The notes: generated from the sequence alone by a model not told the origin. 64,000 nt of DNA from Flaccisagitta enflata (GCA_965153355.1 OZ231126.1:36146001-36210000), one strand, 5' to 3'. Shown: positions 14,786 to 28,241, counted from the stretch's first letter. A program made the numbers and translations.

Positions 14786-15082
14786 CTACTTCGCAAAGCA
14801 CGTCACGTTCTGCATCGATATCGAAATCGTCGGAATTGAAAAAAAAATATTCAAATTGATAAAACAAAGAAAGTCGGTTGTTGACAAAATCTGCTGGGAA
14901 TTGCGAGCGGTGGCGCGTGGCCACGAATACACGCCTTTGCCTTCGTCTAAGAATAAAAAAAAGAATGTAAAGACCGGCTTCCATCTTTTTCAGCGGCTTC
15001 AAGAAAATAGGTGGGGTGCCGTTTGTCTGTTTGTGTTTTACGGACAATTTAGATCCGTTTGAGGGTCCTGTATGTGCAGATG

Positions 15083-15275
<193 letters not shown>

Positions 15276-15298
15276 TTTTATGATATGGCTGTCTGATA

Positions 15299-15499
15299 TG
15301 GTGGCTTAAAGTGGGCTCATAATCCAATCTCATGACGCCCTTGGAGAAAATGTGACCATTCCCCACAAACATGGGAAATCCAAAATTTGGGGGTGATCCG
15401 ATAAAGTTTACTCATGACCACAACCCCACCCATTATAAAGTATAAGAAACATTGGACAGGCGTCAAGAGATATGAGTATGACCCCACTTTAAGCCACCC
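15299..15499. mobile_element. Small mariner-type MITE (~200 bp)
   Basis: TA-tGGTGGCTTAAAGTGGG...CCCACTTTAAGCCACCc-TA, with inner inverted TGACGCC/GGCGTCA. Confidence 0.8.
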
Positions 15500-16339
15500 T
15501 ACTGTCTAACTGACGCTCCGTAAGTCTGCATGTCTGTCTCTCCGTCCGTTTGTTATGTGACATGAAACTCTTTCCCGGAGCTTGATTTCTCCCTACATAA
15601 TTTCCGCGTCATTTAAGTCGCGTTCTACCTGATTCATTGAGTTGTTATGATGGTCCGTAGGTTCATCCGTCTGTTGGTCCATTAGTCCATAAACCCAACT
15701 GTCGGTCTGTCAATCAGTGGGTAACATTTTATCTTTTTTTGGCGTCTATTGATAGCACTGTCGCCTATTGCTTAACTGTATTCTAAAATAAGGGGATGAA
15801 TTTTTATCCCCATACATAGTCTCACTTCCTGATGGCCGATCCAGCTCCAGGTCTGTTTGTATAGAGGTGTAGTCCCTCTGTAACCCCCTGAATACGATCC
15901 TTGGACCTTTGGATTTCAAGTTCAATTCCTTACCTGTCGCGCCACGGCGGCTTCATGGATTAAAACCCTAAGCCTAAGGTGGTTCTATTCTCCTTTGTTT
16001 TATCTCTGTTTCTCCTCTGTTTTCTCTAAGTATCAGGCGTTACGTACTGTGCCCTTACTTCTCATACTCTGATTGCTTTCATATTTAGTGTGTGTAGTTC
16101 ATACTTAGAGAATAGATTTGGCGTTTTGGGTTTCTCCATTTTTGGGTCAGGGTCACTGCCCCTGCCCTTTAACCTCGTTCTAGATTATCTCCTTCTTTCA
16201 TTTTTGGTTAATTATACATGGAGGCCATTTGTTTCCCTAATAATTATTCCTCCTCGTTTTGGATATGATTGTTCATTTGTCACCTGGTCATGTGACATCC
16301 CCTCGTCCTCTCCGTGGTCACATGCCCTTTCCAAGATGG

Positions 16340-16893
16340 CTGCCTCAAATCCAGCCTCTCAGGTCTCAAATCCAGCCTCCCAGGCCTCAAATCCAGCCTC
16401 TCAGGGCTCAAACCCAACCTCTCAGGCCTCAAATCTGGCCTCTCAGGCCTCAAATCTGGCTTCTCAGGCCTCAAATCCAAATTCTCAGGCCCCAAACCTG
16501 GCCTCTCATGCCTCAGATTAGGCCTTTCAGGCCTGAAATCAGCCATCTTGACCTCAATTTATTGCTCCCAAGCTTCGAATCAGTCCTCTGGCCTTTCAAG
16601 CCTTAATCCAGCACTCTCAAGCCTCAAGTCAGCCCTCTCAAGCTTCTAATTGGCATTCTCAGGCCTTATATCAGCCTTCTTAGACCTCAGTTTAGGCTCT
16701 TGAATGCCTTCAGTCAGCCCTCTATAGCATCTCATCCACTTCTTCAGGTAGGACGAACGAAAGTCCCCCTGTGTTCTACAGGACTTCGTCCCCTTTGGGG
16801 CCGCTGCCCTGCTTCCCCTCACTCCAATTCACAATCACTTAAAGCAGGGCAACGGGTATCGCTGACTACATATTGCCCTTGGGCGACCTGTTC
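16340..16893 (+). mobile_element. 5'-truncated family B element with a 21-bp minisatellite
   Basis: CCTCAAATCCAGCCTCTCAGG-like units, GGGGCCGCTGCCC, end GCAGGGCAACGGGTATCGCTGAC...TTGCCCTTGGGCGACCTGTT. Confidence 0.8.
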
Positions 16894-18105
16894 ATTCTGG
16901 TTCTTGTTTCTTAGCCAGAAAGGCTATTATTATTCGCCTGTTTTTATTTGATGCTTTATTATAAGGCCAAGGCCTTTATGCTTTGAACTGTGTGTTTATT
17001 AATGCATGGGTGGATAAACCCCAGCATCATAAGTACCCCACGGGTACCCATGGACTTGAGGCCCCTGCCTCTGACCCTGTCCATGGACTAAGATTAAGTC
17101 CAAAGACTTGAATGTTTCGAATGGTGATAAACTTGATTTTACTGCCATAAAAAGACTTGTTTATAATTGGAGTCAATTAATACATTATCACCTTCGCCAC
17201 TGCATCACTGGGTAATATGTGATGAGATTAAACCCCGAGCAACCCCGAGCTACCCCAGGGTTGATTCTCACTGTTTTATACTAAAGGATACCCAGTGCAT
17301 ATTCTAGTGCCCCTGACCACTTGTGGCACTAATACGCAGCTAAGGTAGCCGTGTATCGCGCCTTGTTTTTTCTGTTTCTCCTGTCCGCGGAAGGTCTGCT
17401 TTTTCGTTTACAATTTTTCGTTCTCCTTTTCCCCTTCTTTCTTTCCTTTTCTTTTTTTTTTTTTTTTTCATTTACTTTTTCCTTTTTCTTTTTATCTTAA
17501 CATCCTTTCGTTACTATTAGGTCAGTCTGTCGGTCCCCTATCGCTTTCTCTGTGGGGGCTCACGGGAAACCTGCATCATTTCGCCAAATGTTTTGTCTAC
17601 AATATGTTTTGATTCATCTGTGCAACAGTGGTAGACTTAAAGTGAATTCCACCCTCGTAAGACCTTCCTTGGAGAAAGCTCGTTTCACGTTTGGAGACGC
17701 GTCCTCATCCTTCTGGTGGACCGTAATGCCAATCTCACCCATTTTCATGTTCTGACCATTTTCTCTCCATTTTCCTGTTCTGACCATTTTCCTTTTCTTA
17801 CGCTTTGCATTTAGCCTCTTGTGTCGTTGGTCGCGGCTATAAACAACCTGAAAAAGCCCATCAGTAGAAAACCGTATGGGAAACGCATTTATGGGTGGAA
17901 AACCGTTTAGACGTGGTCGTGACATTTAACTCATGTCCCCACTTTTTCCCGGGCATGAAGGCGTTAACGCTTTTTTTTCGGAGGGTGACGTTATTGAAGG
18001 AATTTACGGCCAGCGAGATGGACGCGACCCGTCCTTAAGGCCAACAACACGGCAAAAGCAATCCATGTGAATATGCATATATATGGATTAAAGAGATCGT
18101 AGCTA

Positions 18106-18144
<39 letters not shown>

Positions 18145-18658
18145 CACGTACAGATAGAAAGACCTGACAAACAGCCAGACAGACCGACCTTATATCTGTG
18201 TTTCCGTCGGTGTCGGTACCTATTTTCTAGGCACTATAAATCTGCGTAGGTACAGCATCTGTATGATTATAGGTCCTTCTACATTAACTGTCCACGTTCT
18301 CTTCTCTGTGCACCTCTACTCGGTATTTGCTCTTTTTATGACTCCTTCATCAGTAATTCCATACATAGTATCTTGATGTGGGTGGATATGCTATGATTAT
18401 AAGAGCGAAGGGAGATAGGAAAAAAGAATAGAAGAGAAATTGAAGCCGTGAATTCGGACGCTTGACTGCGCAAGACAGAAATTTCACGCTTTACGGTTTC
18501 GAAACTGTCCCCCCCTCTCCCTCCTCTTAGAAAATAGTGAAAAGTACGATGAATGTTTCTTTTCTTTCATTTTTCGCTTTCATTCACTTTTTCTTGTTCT
18601 CATTGTCCGGCACTGTCCTTGTTTCTGACTGTCTCTATACCTCTTTACTTAGATGGTT

Positions 18659-18697
<39 letters not shown>

Positions 18698-19093
18698 AAT
18701 CTCATTTGGTTCGGCGTCGATCGCACGCACGCTCCCAGCCAAGGCTCTCACACGCGACGCCGCATGAGCGAGGAGTTGCCTGAAGCGACGCCGGTCTTCT
18801 GGCGAGCGCGCGCTTCTTTTTTAGCGCTTCGTTAATACGTCGACGTTTGAAGAAGTTGGCCTAATCAACGCCATTGAGGCGCTTTAGCCGAAACACAAGA
18901 AAGAATTAAAAAATGAAAAAAAGAAGGGGGGGGGAGGAAATGACGGGATAGGAAGAAACATCAAGAGACTGATTTGATAGATTTTCAATAAATAGTCATG
19001 TACTATGTCATTATTTTCGGGAACAATTAAGAACAGGTTCATAAGGTGAGTAACTAGTCTGTGCCAAGTTATTTATCTGGAGTGCACAAACAG

Positions 19094-19094
<1 letters not shown>

Positions 19095-19156
<62 letters not shown>

Positions 19157-19158
19157 GC

Positions 19159-19214
<56 letters not shown>

Positions 19215-19232
19215 CCAAAACAACAACAACAA
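19095..19232. repeat. (AAC)n tract (shorter counterpart at 35707-35792)
   Basis: Directly visible. Confidence 0.97.
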
Positions 19233-20283
19233 CCTTACTTGCCAGGTGTCTGGAGTGCAAAAAGCAGACATCGAGGGTTTTGTGCCATGGTCACACACAT
19301 GGACACAGAAAGACACAATAACTAAGTCCAGAATAAGGACTTGGCCCTTAACAAAAATGAGAACGTGCAGTGAGAGAGAAACTGTCATACCTGACCAAAA
19401 CGCCCCCCTCTAAGTAGCTAACGTTAGTCAACCGTTACGTCAGGATGATGAATAAATCTGTGAGTTAGAGAGAGTTGTGGTGAACTATGAAGAAAAAAAC
19501 GTAGTCAGATTGAGAAGCCGGTACGAATATGTCGACACTCAGCAGTGAGGCAGAAATGAAAGCTTTGCACTGGCGGGATTATTGTGGAGTGAAACAAGTA
19601 CATCAGTACTTCTTGCTAAAGATTGCCATCGTGAGGTATGGAATCGAGTCACAAAAAGTAGAAAAATGATCTTGAGAAAAACAATTTTCATTTTCCAGAA
19701 ACCGGGGAAAAAACTGTGTTGAGCGGTTGTTGCGCGGGAAAGCGAAGCAACTCTGTGATTACATTTACATAATTCATGCTGAGTGGTCCGCTTTCCTCTT
19801 TCTGCGCTTGTGTTTTTTTGCTGACGTTAAATAACTCCCCGCGTTTGTGTTTTCATCTCTGAGATTACATTCTTGAGTGAGCCGTCGTTAGAAAGCGTTG
19901 AGGTGGTGTGAAACGGTGATGGGGCCACCGGGATGGAGAATGGGGGGGTGGAGACTGGAGACTGATACTCTGAAGAACATTGTTGATGTGTAACGCTGAA
20001 GGCTGCCAACCGAACAGCATTTCGTTGATAAAGGTACGTAAGGCGGCAATAACGCCAATGACGGATTTAAAAGGGATTTGTTATTACCAATGGATGAAAA
20101 AAATTGCATAAGGGATCAAAATTCTTCATTCGCTATGGGCGGATTTTCATTATATCTAAGGTAACAGTATAGCTATTATATTGGAAAACCATTAAACTGC
20201 GATCAACCCATTGGCAACTGACAAAAATCCAGAAAAGCTGATTGTCCAAAAAAGATATAAAAAAATGTCACAAGAAAAAAAAT

Positions 20284-20382
<99 letters not shown>

Positions 20383-20495
20383 TTTATGACAGAAAGAACG
20401 CAAAGGCGATAAACTCGATTCCAGCCTCGGGGGCAGCTTTGCGTAAATCTAATGTTGAAGAACAAAAAAATATCATTTAACACTTGGGGGAGAGA

Positions 20496-20574
<79 letters not shown>

Positions 20575-20592
20575 CAGACAGACAGACAGACA

Positions 20593-20746
<154 letters not shown>

Positions 20747-20916
20747 AAAAAAACAGCAATAAAACGACAGAGAATGAGAGATGGAAGGCATGGGAGAGAT
20801 GCAATGCCGGGGAGAGAAGGCTCGCCTTTCTATAGCCACGGGCGCTATTTCATCACGAAGTGGACTGATTTACTGCCACTCCTCCATTCGCCAAATCAAA
20901 AGCGTCAAATGGTAAG

Positions 20917-20989
<73 letters not shown>

Positions 20990-21021
20990 TTATGATGATG
21001 ATGATGATGATGATGATGAAA

Positions 21022-21056
<35 letters not shown>

Positions 21057-21057
21057 A

Positions 21058-21095
<38 letters not shown>

Positions 21096-21109
21096 AATGA
21101 TGATGATGC

Positions 21110-21143
<34 letters not shown>

Positions 21144-21196
21144 CATGATCATGATGATGGTGACGATGTTGATGATGATGATTATGGTGACGATGT

Positions 21197-21280
<84 letters not shown>
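20917..21280. repeat. (GAT)n tract, copy 1
   Basis: Directly visible. Confidence 0.97.
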
Positions 21281-21281
<1 letters not shown>

Positions 21282-21407
21282 AGAAGCATGTCGCATGATA
21301 AAGACGGGAGCGCAATGAAGACCCGATAGAACAATTCTCAGTCAGAGACGTTGTATTAACTCGTTCGTTTTTCTGCTTAAACCCTGCCACTGCACTGGTA
21401 CGACCTT

Positions 21408-21545
21408 CCGTTTGTCCGCCGGAACACTCGCATGCCCGCCCGTTTGTCCGCCGGAACATTCGCATGCCCTCCCGTTTGTCCGCCGAAACACTCGCATGCC
21501 CGTCTGTTTGTCCGCTGGAGCACTCACATGCCCGCCCGTTTGCGC
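21408..21545. repeat. 32-bp GC-rich minisatellite (~4 units)
   Basis: GTTTGTCCGCCGGAACACTCGCATGCCCGCCC units. Confidence 0.9.
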
Positions 21546-21633
21546 CACTCCGCAGTGATGACATTTGATCTTCAGTCAGTGACTTTGGGCCAGATTTTAT
21601 GAGAACCACTCCCTCATTTAATTTCCCGTTTTG

Positions 21634-21710
<77 letters not shown>

Positions 21711-22021
21711 ATGTATATTCATAATTCAAAGCGATCTACAGGTCAGAGTTTAGAGCAAAAACAAACAAACAAACTCGTGCTTTTAGAAGTGACGTTTTCA
21801 CGTAGATGACAGTCACAGACGCTCGCATAAACAAACACAAAAACGCAAAAGCGCTCACGCGCACAACAGCTCTCGGCTGGGAGAGAGATCTAAGGAGGGA
21901 CAAATATCTTATCAAATTCATCGTCGCCGAGAAAACGCCCGCCCAATGACGCTCGTCTGATGATGATGACGTAAATTGTGACGTCCACAGATTCGTGCGT
22001 CAGACGTTATGAAAGAAAAAG

Positions 22022-22195
<174 letters not shown>

Positions 22196-22914
22196 TCTTA
22201 ACTCGAAGAACCCAGCCCTTTCAGGCCTCATATAAGCCTTTACAGCATTGTAACACATAAGCAAAGCAGCACATTTTCAGTTGGTCCGTCTGTAACGCTT
22301 CACTTTTTCGGCGTTTATGGGCGTTTTTCGCATCACCGCTCCTGCCCTGCCCGCGACTTGGGTAGCCGTTTATCCGGTCTTGTTTTACTGTAAGATCTTA
22401 AGGTCACATATAACACTTAACGTGATATTTTTGTTGAAATCTAAAAAACATGTCTCTAACGAATCAAATATGATTAAATCTTTCTCTTCATACAGAGGAG
22501 CACAGATCTGCGCGTGTTTCAACTTGCATTTAGCACCCTTTTCCTAAGGATTTGACGGTTTCCATTGATCTTTTGCCACGAATGAGACTCGCCCACTTCC
22601 TCTCAAGCAATTGCATGTAAAGTTTGCTCGTCAAGTTCGTAAAGTGTATGGTTTGCCGTTACTAAAATCTTGCCATTCAAATTCATGATGATTTGACAAA
22701 ACATTCTCTTCTATTGTACACACTCCACCTATCCGATTATGTTCATTCTGAGGTCTTAAGGCGTTTTCTAGCTATCTTGTTTTAACATCTCAAGTCACTG
22801 GCTCAATATCTTCTATGGTTACGATCTATTTAATGATGGGGGGATGGTTATTGTACAGCCGTAGAGGTGTTAGTTATAATTGAATATCAATTAAATTTCA
22901 ATCTCCAAGAAATA

Positions 22915-23506
22915 CTATCTAGGCGGAAAAAATCTTTCGGTACGTTTACATGCATATCTCAGGTTAGAATCAACCAAACATAAAAAAATCGGTGAGATAA
23001 TTAAAGCTCTTCAAATTTGCAAGAGATTGACGCAAACCGCATCCCTCTAGCTCCATGCGTTCAAAAACTATTCAACTTTGAATGAAATACTTGAGTTTCA
23101 CTTGTGCCATTTTCCCACAATCCTCTAATGATATCATTTCACTCTTTTTTTTATTACTTCCAAACGCCTTGAGCTAGACAGATGCGGTTTGCGTTGCCTG
23201 CTTGCAAATTTGGAGGGCTTCATTTATGTCACCGATTTTTCTATGATTTGATGATTCTTTTGAAAGCTGTGTTTTTAAATGTAGTGAAAGAATAGTCAAT
23301 AAAAAATCAGAAGAAAGATCTGGAAAGCCTTCACTCCTGAGTAACACTAACTGCTCTACAAATCGCCTCTGAGTCAAATTGCTGCTCTGATTCAGTCAAA
23401 GGGAACTAATAATAATTATTGATGGATTAGTGATTAATTTGTATTCATTTATACGCCAATGAATACATTTTTGTTACAGGACGAAAGATTTTTTCCGCCT
23501 AGATAG
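22915..23506. mobile_element. TA-flanked MITE (592 bp), present in copy 1 only
   Basis: Perfect 25-bp TIR CTATCTAGGCGGAAAAAATCTTTCG. Copy 2 has the empty site ccaagaaa-TA-gagagg at ~41046. Confidence 0.96.
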
Positions 23507-23512
23507 TAGAGA

Positions 23513-23622
<110 letters not shown>

Positions 23623-24545
23623 GACAGACAGACAGACAGACAGAGATAGAGATACAGGGAAACAGAGAGAGTCAATGAGCGAGACAGACAGAATAGCTGA
23701 CCATCAGACAGAACAAGAGACACTCAGACACAAAAAAATATACACACTAATAGACCGACAGGGTGCCCTACTATTGCATCCACATTTTACACCCATGCCC
23801 CAAATGTTCAATGATGAAGCATATTATGAAGCATATGAAGCATATCACTAATAGGACAAAATTTTGTGATATTCACCATTACGTTGTTTTATCAAACTGT
23901 TCGCAATGATAAACGCTGCAGTGCATTTAGTAAATGATAACAATTTCAAATAGGTAGGTTTTAACAAGCGTAATTTCAAAATCACCAATAATTTAAAGAC
24001 AATCAAAAAGAAAAAGAAAAAATACTTTTGTCAATAGTGACCCAACGAAATCAGATTGAAATCACAGCTAGATACTCGAGTGAAGGCACAGCCGCACAGC
24101 TAACGATTTCAGGCAAAAGATTACTTTTTAAGATGAATCACTGGGAAAAGGCCGCTACGGTTTACAAAAGAGAGGCACAGCACAGCACAACTTATATCCA
24201 TAATTATTCTTAGTATGCATATTTTCCTTTACAATTCAAGAAAAGACGTCCTTGTCCACGCACCATCTTTTACGTTTAAAAGAGGTGGTTGACCTGGCTT
24301 CTCATGAGCCTATGTCTACTTCGCACGATTTAATCTAAACTACTTCACCGAATCTCTTAGGTCTTGTGATCCGATACGGCAAATATGCAGGTTTTAATTT
24401 CTACAAAATGTATGTTTGCCATTGTAGACATTGTTTCCCATCGTGGAAGCGCGTTACTTGGCCCGATTTTGCGCGAGTTGTTCCATTCCTTCACAAGATC
24501 GTATCATGCTTCATGAAAGCCGACGTCGACTTCTCCGTGGGCGCT

Positions 24546-24992
24546 TCATTGAGTTGACGGGGTCGCTTCGTCGTCATTTCCAGCGCTCTCGTCGACGACG
24601 ACGGTGCAGCAAGCGTCGCTTTGGCAACTCTTCACGGGCTGTGGAGCCGGAATTTCGACGCAGCAAGCGGATCCTCGCTTGCGGCAAACTCGCATCATTT
24701 TGCCTGATTTGGCTTTGGAGATCTTTCCCGTTACCACCTTGGAGGCCTTCGATGATCTGCAAGGCGTCGGGTTGATGTTGGCGTGTTGACGTTGATGTGC
24801 GAGTTGATGCATGATTGCCTGCTCCATCTCGGGAGTAATGGTACCATCAAAAGGAACCATCTGGCGCGGTGTTGGGGCATGGCCATGAGAATGACCATGA
24901 GAGTGACCATGAGAATGACCATGAGAATGACCATGAGAATGACCATGAGAATGATCGTGACCATGGCCTTGATATTGATTAGGGTTATTCAT
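24546..24992 (-). CDS. Uncharacterised His-rich, Cys-containing small protein, copy 1 (148 aa, single exon)
   Basis: ORF MNNPNQYQGHGHD(HSHG)6H...SACCVEI...DACCTVV...STQ*. Differences from copy 2 are synonymous (TAT/TAC, GCA/GCT, TCA/TCC, GTC/GTT, TCT/AGT) except one S/A change and an in-frame 12-nt indel. Confidence 0.75.
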   Translation of the reverse strand: MNNPNQYQGHGHDHSHGHSHGHSHGHSHGHSHGHSHGHAPTPRQMVPFDGTITPEMEQAIMHQLAHQRQHANINPTPCRSSKASKVVTGKISKAKSGKMMRVCRKRGSACCVEIPAPQPVKSCQSDACCTVVVDESAGNDDEATPSTQ

Positions 24993-25378
24993 CTTCTTGT
25001 CAAAGCAGAAAAAGTTATCTCTTTCAAATGCTTTTTTGTTTATTTTGTTTATTTTATTTTGTTTTGTTTATTTTCAAATGCTTTTTTGTTTATTTTGTTT
25101 ATTTTTTTTGTTTATTTTGTTTCGTTGTGTGTTGGGTTTGTTTTTTTCATTCAATTCGTTTCTAACTAAACTTGACGATCGCCTGTAAGATACTAAACAA
25201 AACATGACAATGAATCTTAGGCAAGATCAAACGTTATAATGAAAAATAAAAATAAAAAAAGAGGTCGCCAACTCAACAAATGCATTCAATCTTGTTTTAT
25301 TTCAATTTTATTGAAAACCATTTGAGCACCTTTTTATCTCTTGTCATACATAAATTTCTGTCACTCAGAAAAAATCGA

Positions 25379-25478
<100 letters not shown>

Positions 25479-25484
25479 TGTGTG

Positions 25485-25524
<40 letters not shown>

Positions 25525-25759
25525 TTTCTGTCTATCTATCTGTCTGACTGTCTGTGTGTGTATTTGTATGTGTGTCGAGACCAACAGAAGGACAAACCCT
25601 CTTAAAGAGTCGCTAGTCCGTGACTAAAGAGTTGATTTTGAGGCCAACATATTGCGTATCACTGCCCCTGCCGACCCGCATGCAGTAAGAAGCATGATTG
25701 GCCTTGTTCCCTTCAAAATGGTAAAAAGTGTGGGCATCATCAAAAAAGGTAACATGTTC

Positions 25760-25969
25760 TTTTTAGTCGTGTGCTACGCGACTCTACACCCCGCTTTGTC
25801 CGTCCTTCCATCCATCCGGCCATCTGTCTGACGGTCGGTCGGTCGCGTTTTACTTTTTTATGGTTTTTATTCCTTGACCTTGCTGCTCCTGCCCAAATGC
25901 TCAAGTGACCTCAAATATGGCCCCTGACCAACCGCACGCGACTAGGGTAGCCGTGCATCCAGCCTTGTT
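25760..25969 (+). mobile_element. Family A element (counterpart at 43066-43275)
   Basis: Full termini and microsatellite; present in copies 1 and 2. Confidence 0.85.
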
Positions 25970-26025
25970 GGATTATTACATGATCCGATTATGGAGGACT
26001 AACTAGGTCCCATGAGCTATGCTTC

Positions 26026-27007
26026 AACAAGTCATCCAAGGATCGCACATGGTCAGCGATACCCGATGCCCTGCTTGGAGTGATTAGCTGAACAGGTGGC
26101 CCAAGGGCAATACGTGGTCAGCGATACCCGTTGCCCTGCTTTGCATGGTTGTAAATCGTAATGAGAGGCAGGGCAGCGGCCCCAAAGGGGACGAAGTCCT
26201 GTAGAACACAGGGGACTTTTGTTCATTCGTCCGTCCGTCCATCCGTCCACCCCCCCAGGCCCTCTCAGGCCTGAAATCTGCCCACTCAGGCCTAAAATCT
26301 GCCCTCTCAGGCCTGAAATCTGCCCTCTCAGGCCTTGAATCTGAGGGGGCAGATTTTAGGCCTGGGAGGGCAGATTTTAGGCCTGAGAGGACAGGTTGCA
26401 GGCCTGAAAGGGCAGATTTCAGGCCTGAGAGGGCAGATTTTAGGCCCGAGAGGGCAGATTTCAGGCCTGAGAGGGCCAGGGGGGGGACGAACGAACAGAC
26501 GAACAAACGAACAAACGAAAGTCCCCTGTGTTCTACAGGACTCCGTCCCCTTCGGGTCCGCTGCCCAAAAAGTGGAGTGAGAGCAGGGCAGCGGCCCTAA
26601 AAGGCCAATGTCCTGTAGGACACAGGGGTGAATTTCTATATGTTCTGAGAGGGCATATTTTAGGCCTTAGTCGCAATTTTCCATGATATTCAATGGGAAT
26701 TTTTTTTTTTAATTTCTTGTCAATTTGCCCTGTTATTCAATGAGAATTTTACATTTTTCTTAGTTTTCATCAATTTTTCATGTTATTCAATGGGAAACAT
26801 ACATTTTCTTTTGCTTTTTTGTAAATTTTCCATGTTATACAATGGGAAGTTTGCATTTTGACAATTTCCCATGTTATCCTATGGGACTTTGAGGCTTGAG
26901 AAGCTTTGGGGGGGGGACGGATGGACGGATGGACGGATGTAGGGACATATGGAAATTCACCCCTGTGTCCTACAGAACATCGGCCCTTTTGGGCCGCTGC
27001 CCAAAAA
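26026..27007 (-). mobile_element. Nested pair of family B elements (inner ~26090-26572), present in copy 1 only
   Basis: Two sets of TTTTTGGGCAGCGG 5' ends and ...CTTGTT/CCTGTT 3' ends. Copy 2 reads ttcaacatggtaaagc at ~43330 without the insert. Confidence 0.85.
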
Positions 27008-27067
27008 GGTAAAGCTCAACTGGGCAAGTTTGAAGTCAAAAAATTCCCGTCATCTCTATTCTATTTC

Positions 27068-27275
27068 TAACAAGGCCGAATACAAGGCCACCAAAGTCGC
27101 GTGCGGGTGGGCAGAGGTAAGAGGGCCTGAGATAGAAAAGAACGCCCGCAACGCCGAAAAAGCAAAGTGTTCCCAAACAACCAACGGGCGTACAAACGGA
27201 CCGACAGACAGACCGATCGGAATAGCGGGTTTGGGAGTCGCGAGCTAACAATTGTTGGCCGTGCGCACGCGACTC
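27068..27275 (-). mobile_element. Family A-related element (counterpart at 43392-43598)
   Basis: aacaaggccg...agtcgcgtgcgggtgggcag..., (GACC/GACA)n. Confidence 0.7.
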
Positions 27276-27644
27276 TTTAATTCGCTTTGACCCTGTGGTC
27301 ATTCCAAGACAGTCCTTTGGCAACTCTTTGCCCTGCGGCATTAACGGGCGGTATTTGCGTCACTGCCCCTGCCCAGGAGTTTACCCTCATGAGACTTGCC
27401 GTATCTAAATCACTCTTATTTCCGAAAACCGTCAAGATCCAAAAAGAAATAAGCAGCATGCAGTAATCACGAAATGACTAAAATGTATCTGACATCAGAA
27501 TTTAAGATTCCCCGCTGTATGGATTGAAATTCACTTAGTGTAGTCTGAGTTACTGCTTTGCATGCTAGATTAGAAACAGAGACGGATAACTAGTTAGGCA
27601 CTCCGGTAGACTGACACACAAATAGGCCGCAGTACAGAATAGTA

Positions 27645-28241
27645 CAATCTTGCTCAAATTAAGAGTCCTCGTCGTAGAAATAATCATTTATTCTTAAATA
27701 ATGATTAGTAGAACCTATTCTTTTACGATAAAAGTTTATTTTAGCATATTTTGGCAGTAATTTTTGCTTGTATAGCAACTGTTATGGTCTCTTGTAACCT
27801 TACCATTAATTTGCGTGTGACATATTTCACAACTTCTTTATCTGTTTTTGCTTTTCTGGTTTTAAGGCAAACCTTTCACTAATTTTGTTGTATAATCTAA
27901 ACGATTTGAGCAAATGAGCTCTGCTTGGTGGCAAAAGAAAGCTCTTTTAAAGCTCTTTACATTGGTCACCAATTTTCCTGGCCTTCTATGATTGATATGT
28001 ACAGGATTTACTCATATGAAAACGCTAGAATCAAAAAAAAAATTTACCTCATAGATCAAAGTGAATCATTTTATTTTTTCTGCTGTAAAATCTGAACGAA
28101 TTAAGCTACAGATCTCTACTTGGTGGCATTTGATTACATTTTTGCAGGGCTTTCTAACGGTCACCAATTTTTATATATTTTGTATGATAATTTAGCCACA
28201 ATTTAAGAAAACATGCCGGCCTCTTATTTTGAGCAAGATAG
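27645..28241. mobile_element. TA-flanked MITE (597 bp), present in copy 1 only
   Basis: TIR CWATCTTGCTCAAAWTAAGAG. Empty site gaatag-TA-aacaaat at ~43964 in copy 2. Confidence 0.95.

Noticed and set aside
17614..17925. 103-aa basic ORF with a possible acceptor (tttttcag) near 17848
   Set aside because: No recognisable homology and no second copy to test. It cannot be distinguished from chance.
24357..24548. Selenoprotein-P-like readthrough: the His-rich ORF ends in TGA, has a second in-frame TGA 14 codons later, and stays open to a TAA near 24357
   Set aside because: All five copy 1/copy 2 differences seen in the extension are non-synonymous (E/K, H/R, K/E, P/S, W/L), and I found no convincing SECIS. 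It behaves as 3' UTR.
24574..24842. Overlapping alternative frame (…LQIIEGLQGGNGKD…RRRRRERWK) within the His-rich gene
   Set aside because: No ATG or slippery site, and differences between copies give L/R and R/C changes in this frame but are mostly silent in the main frame.
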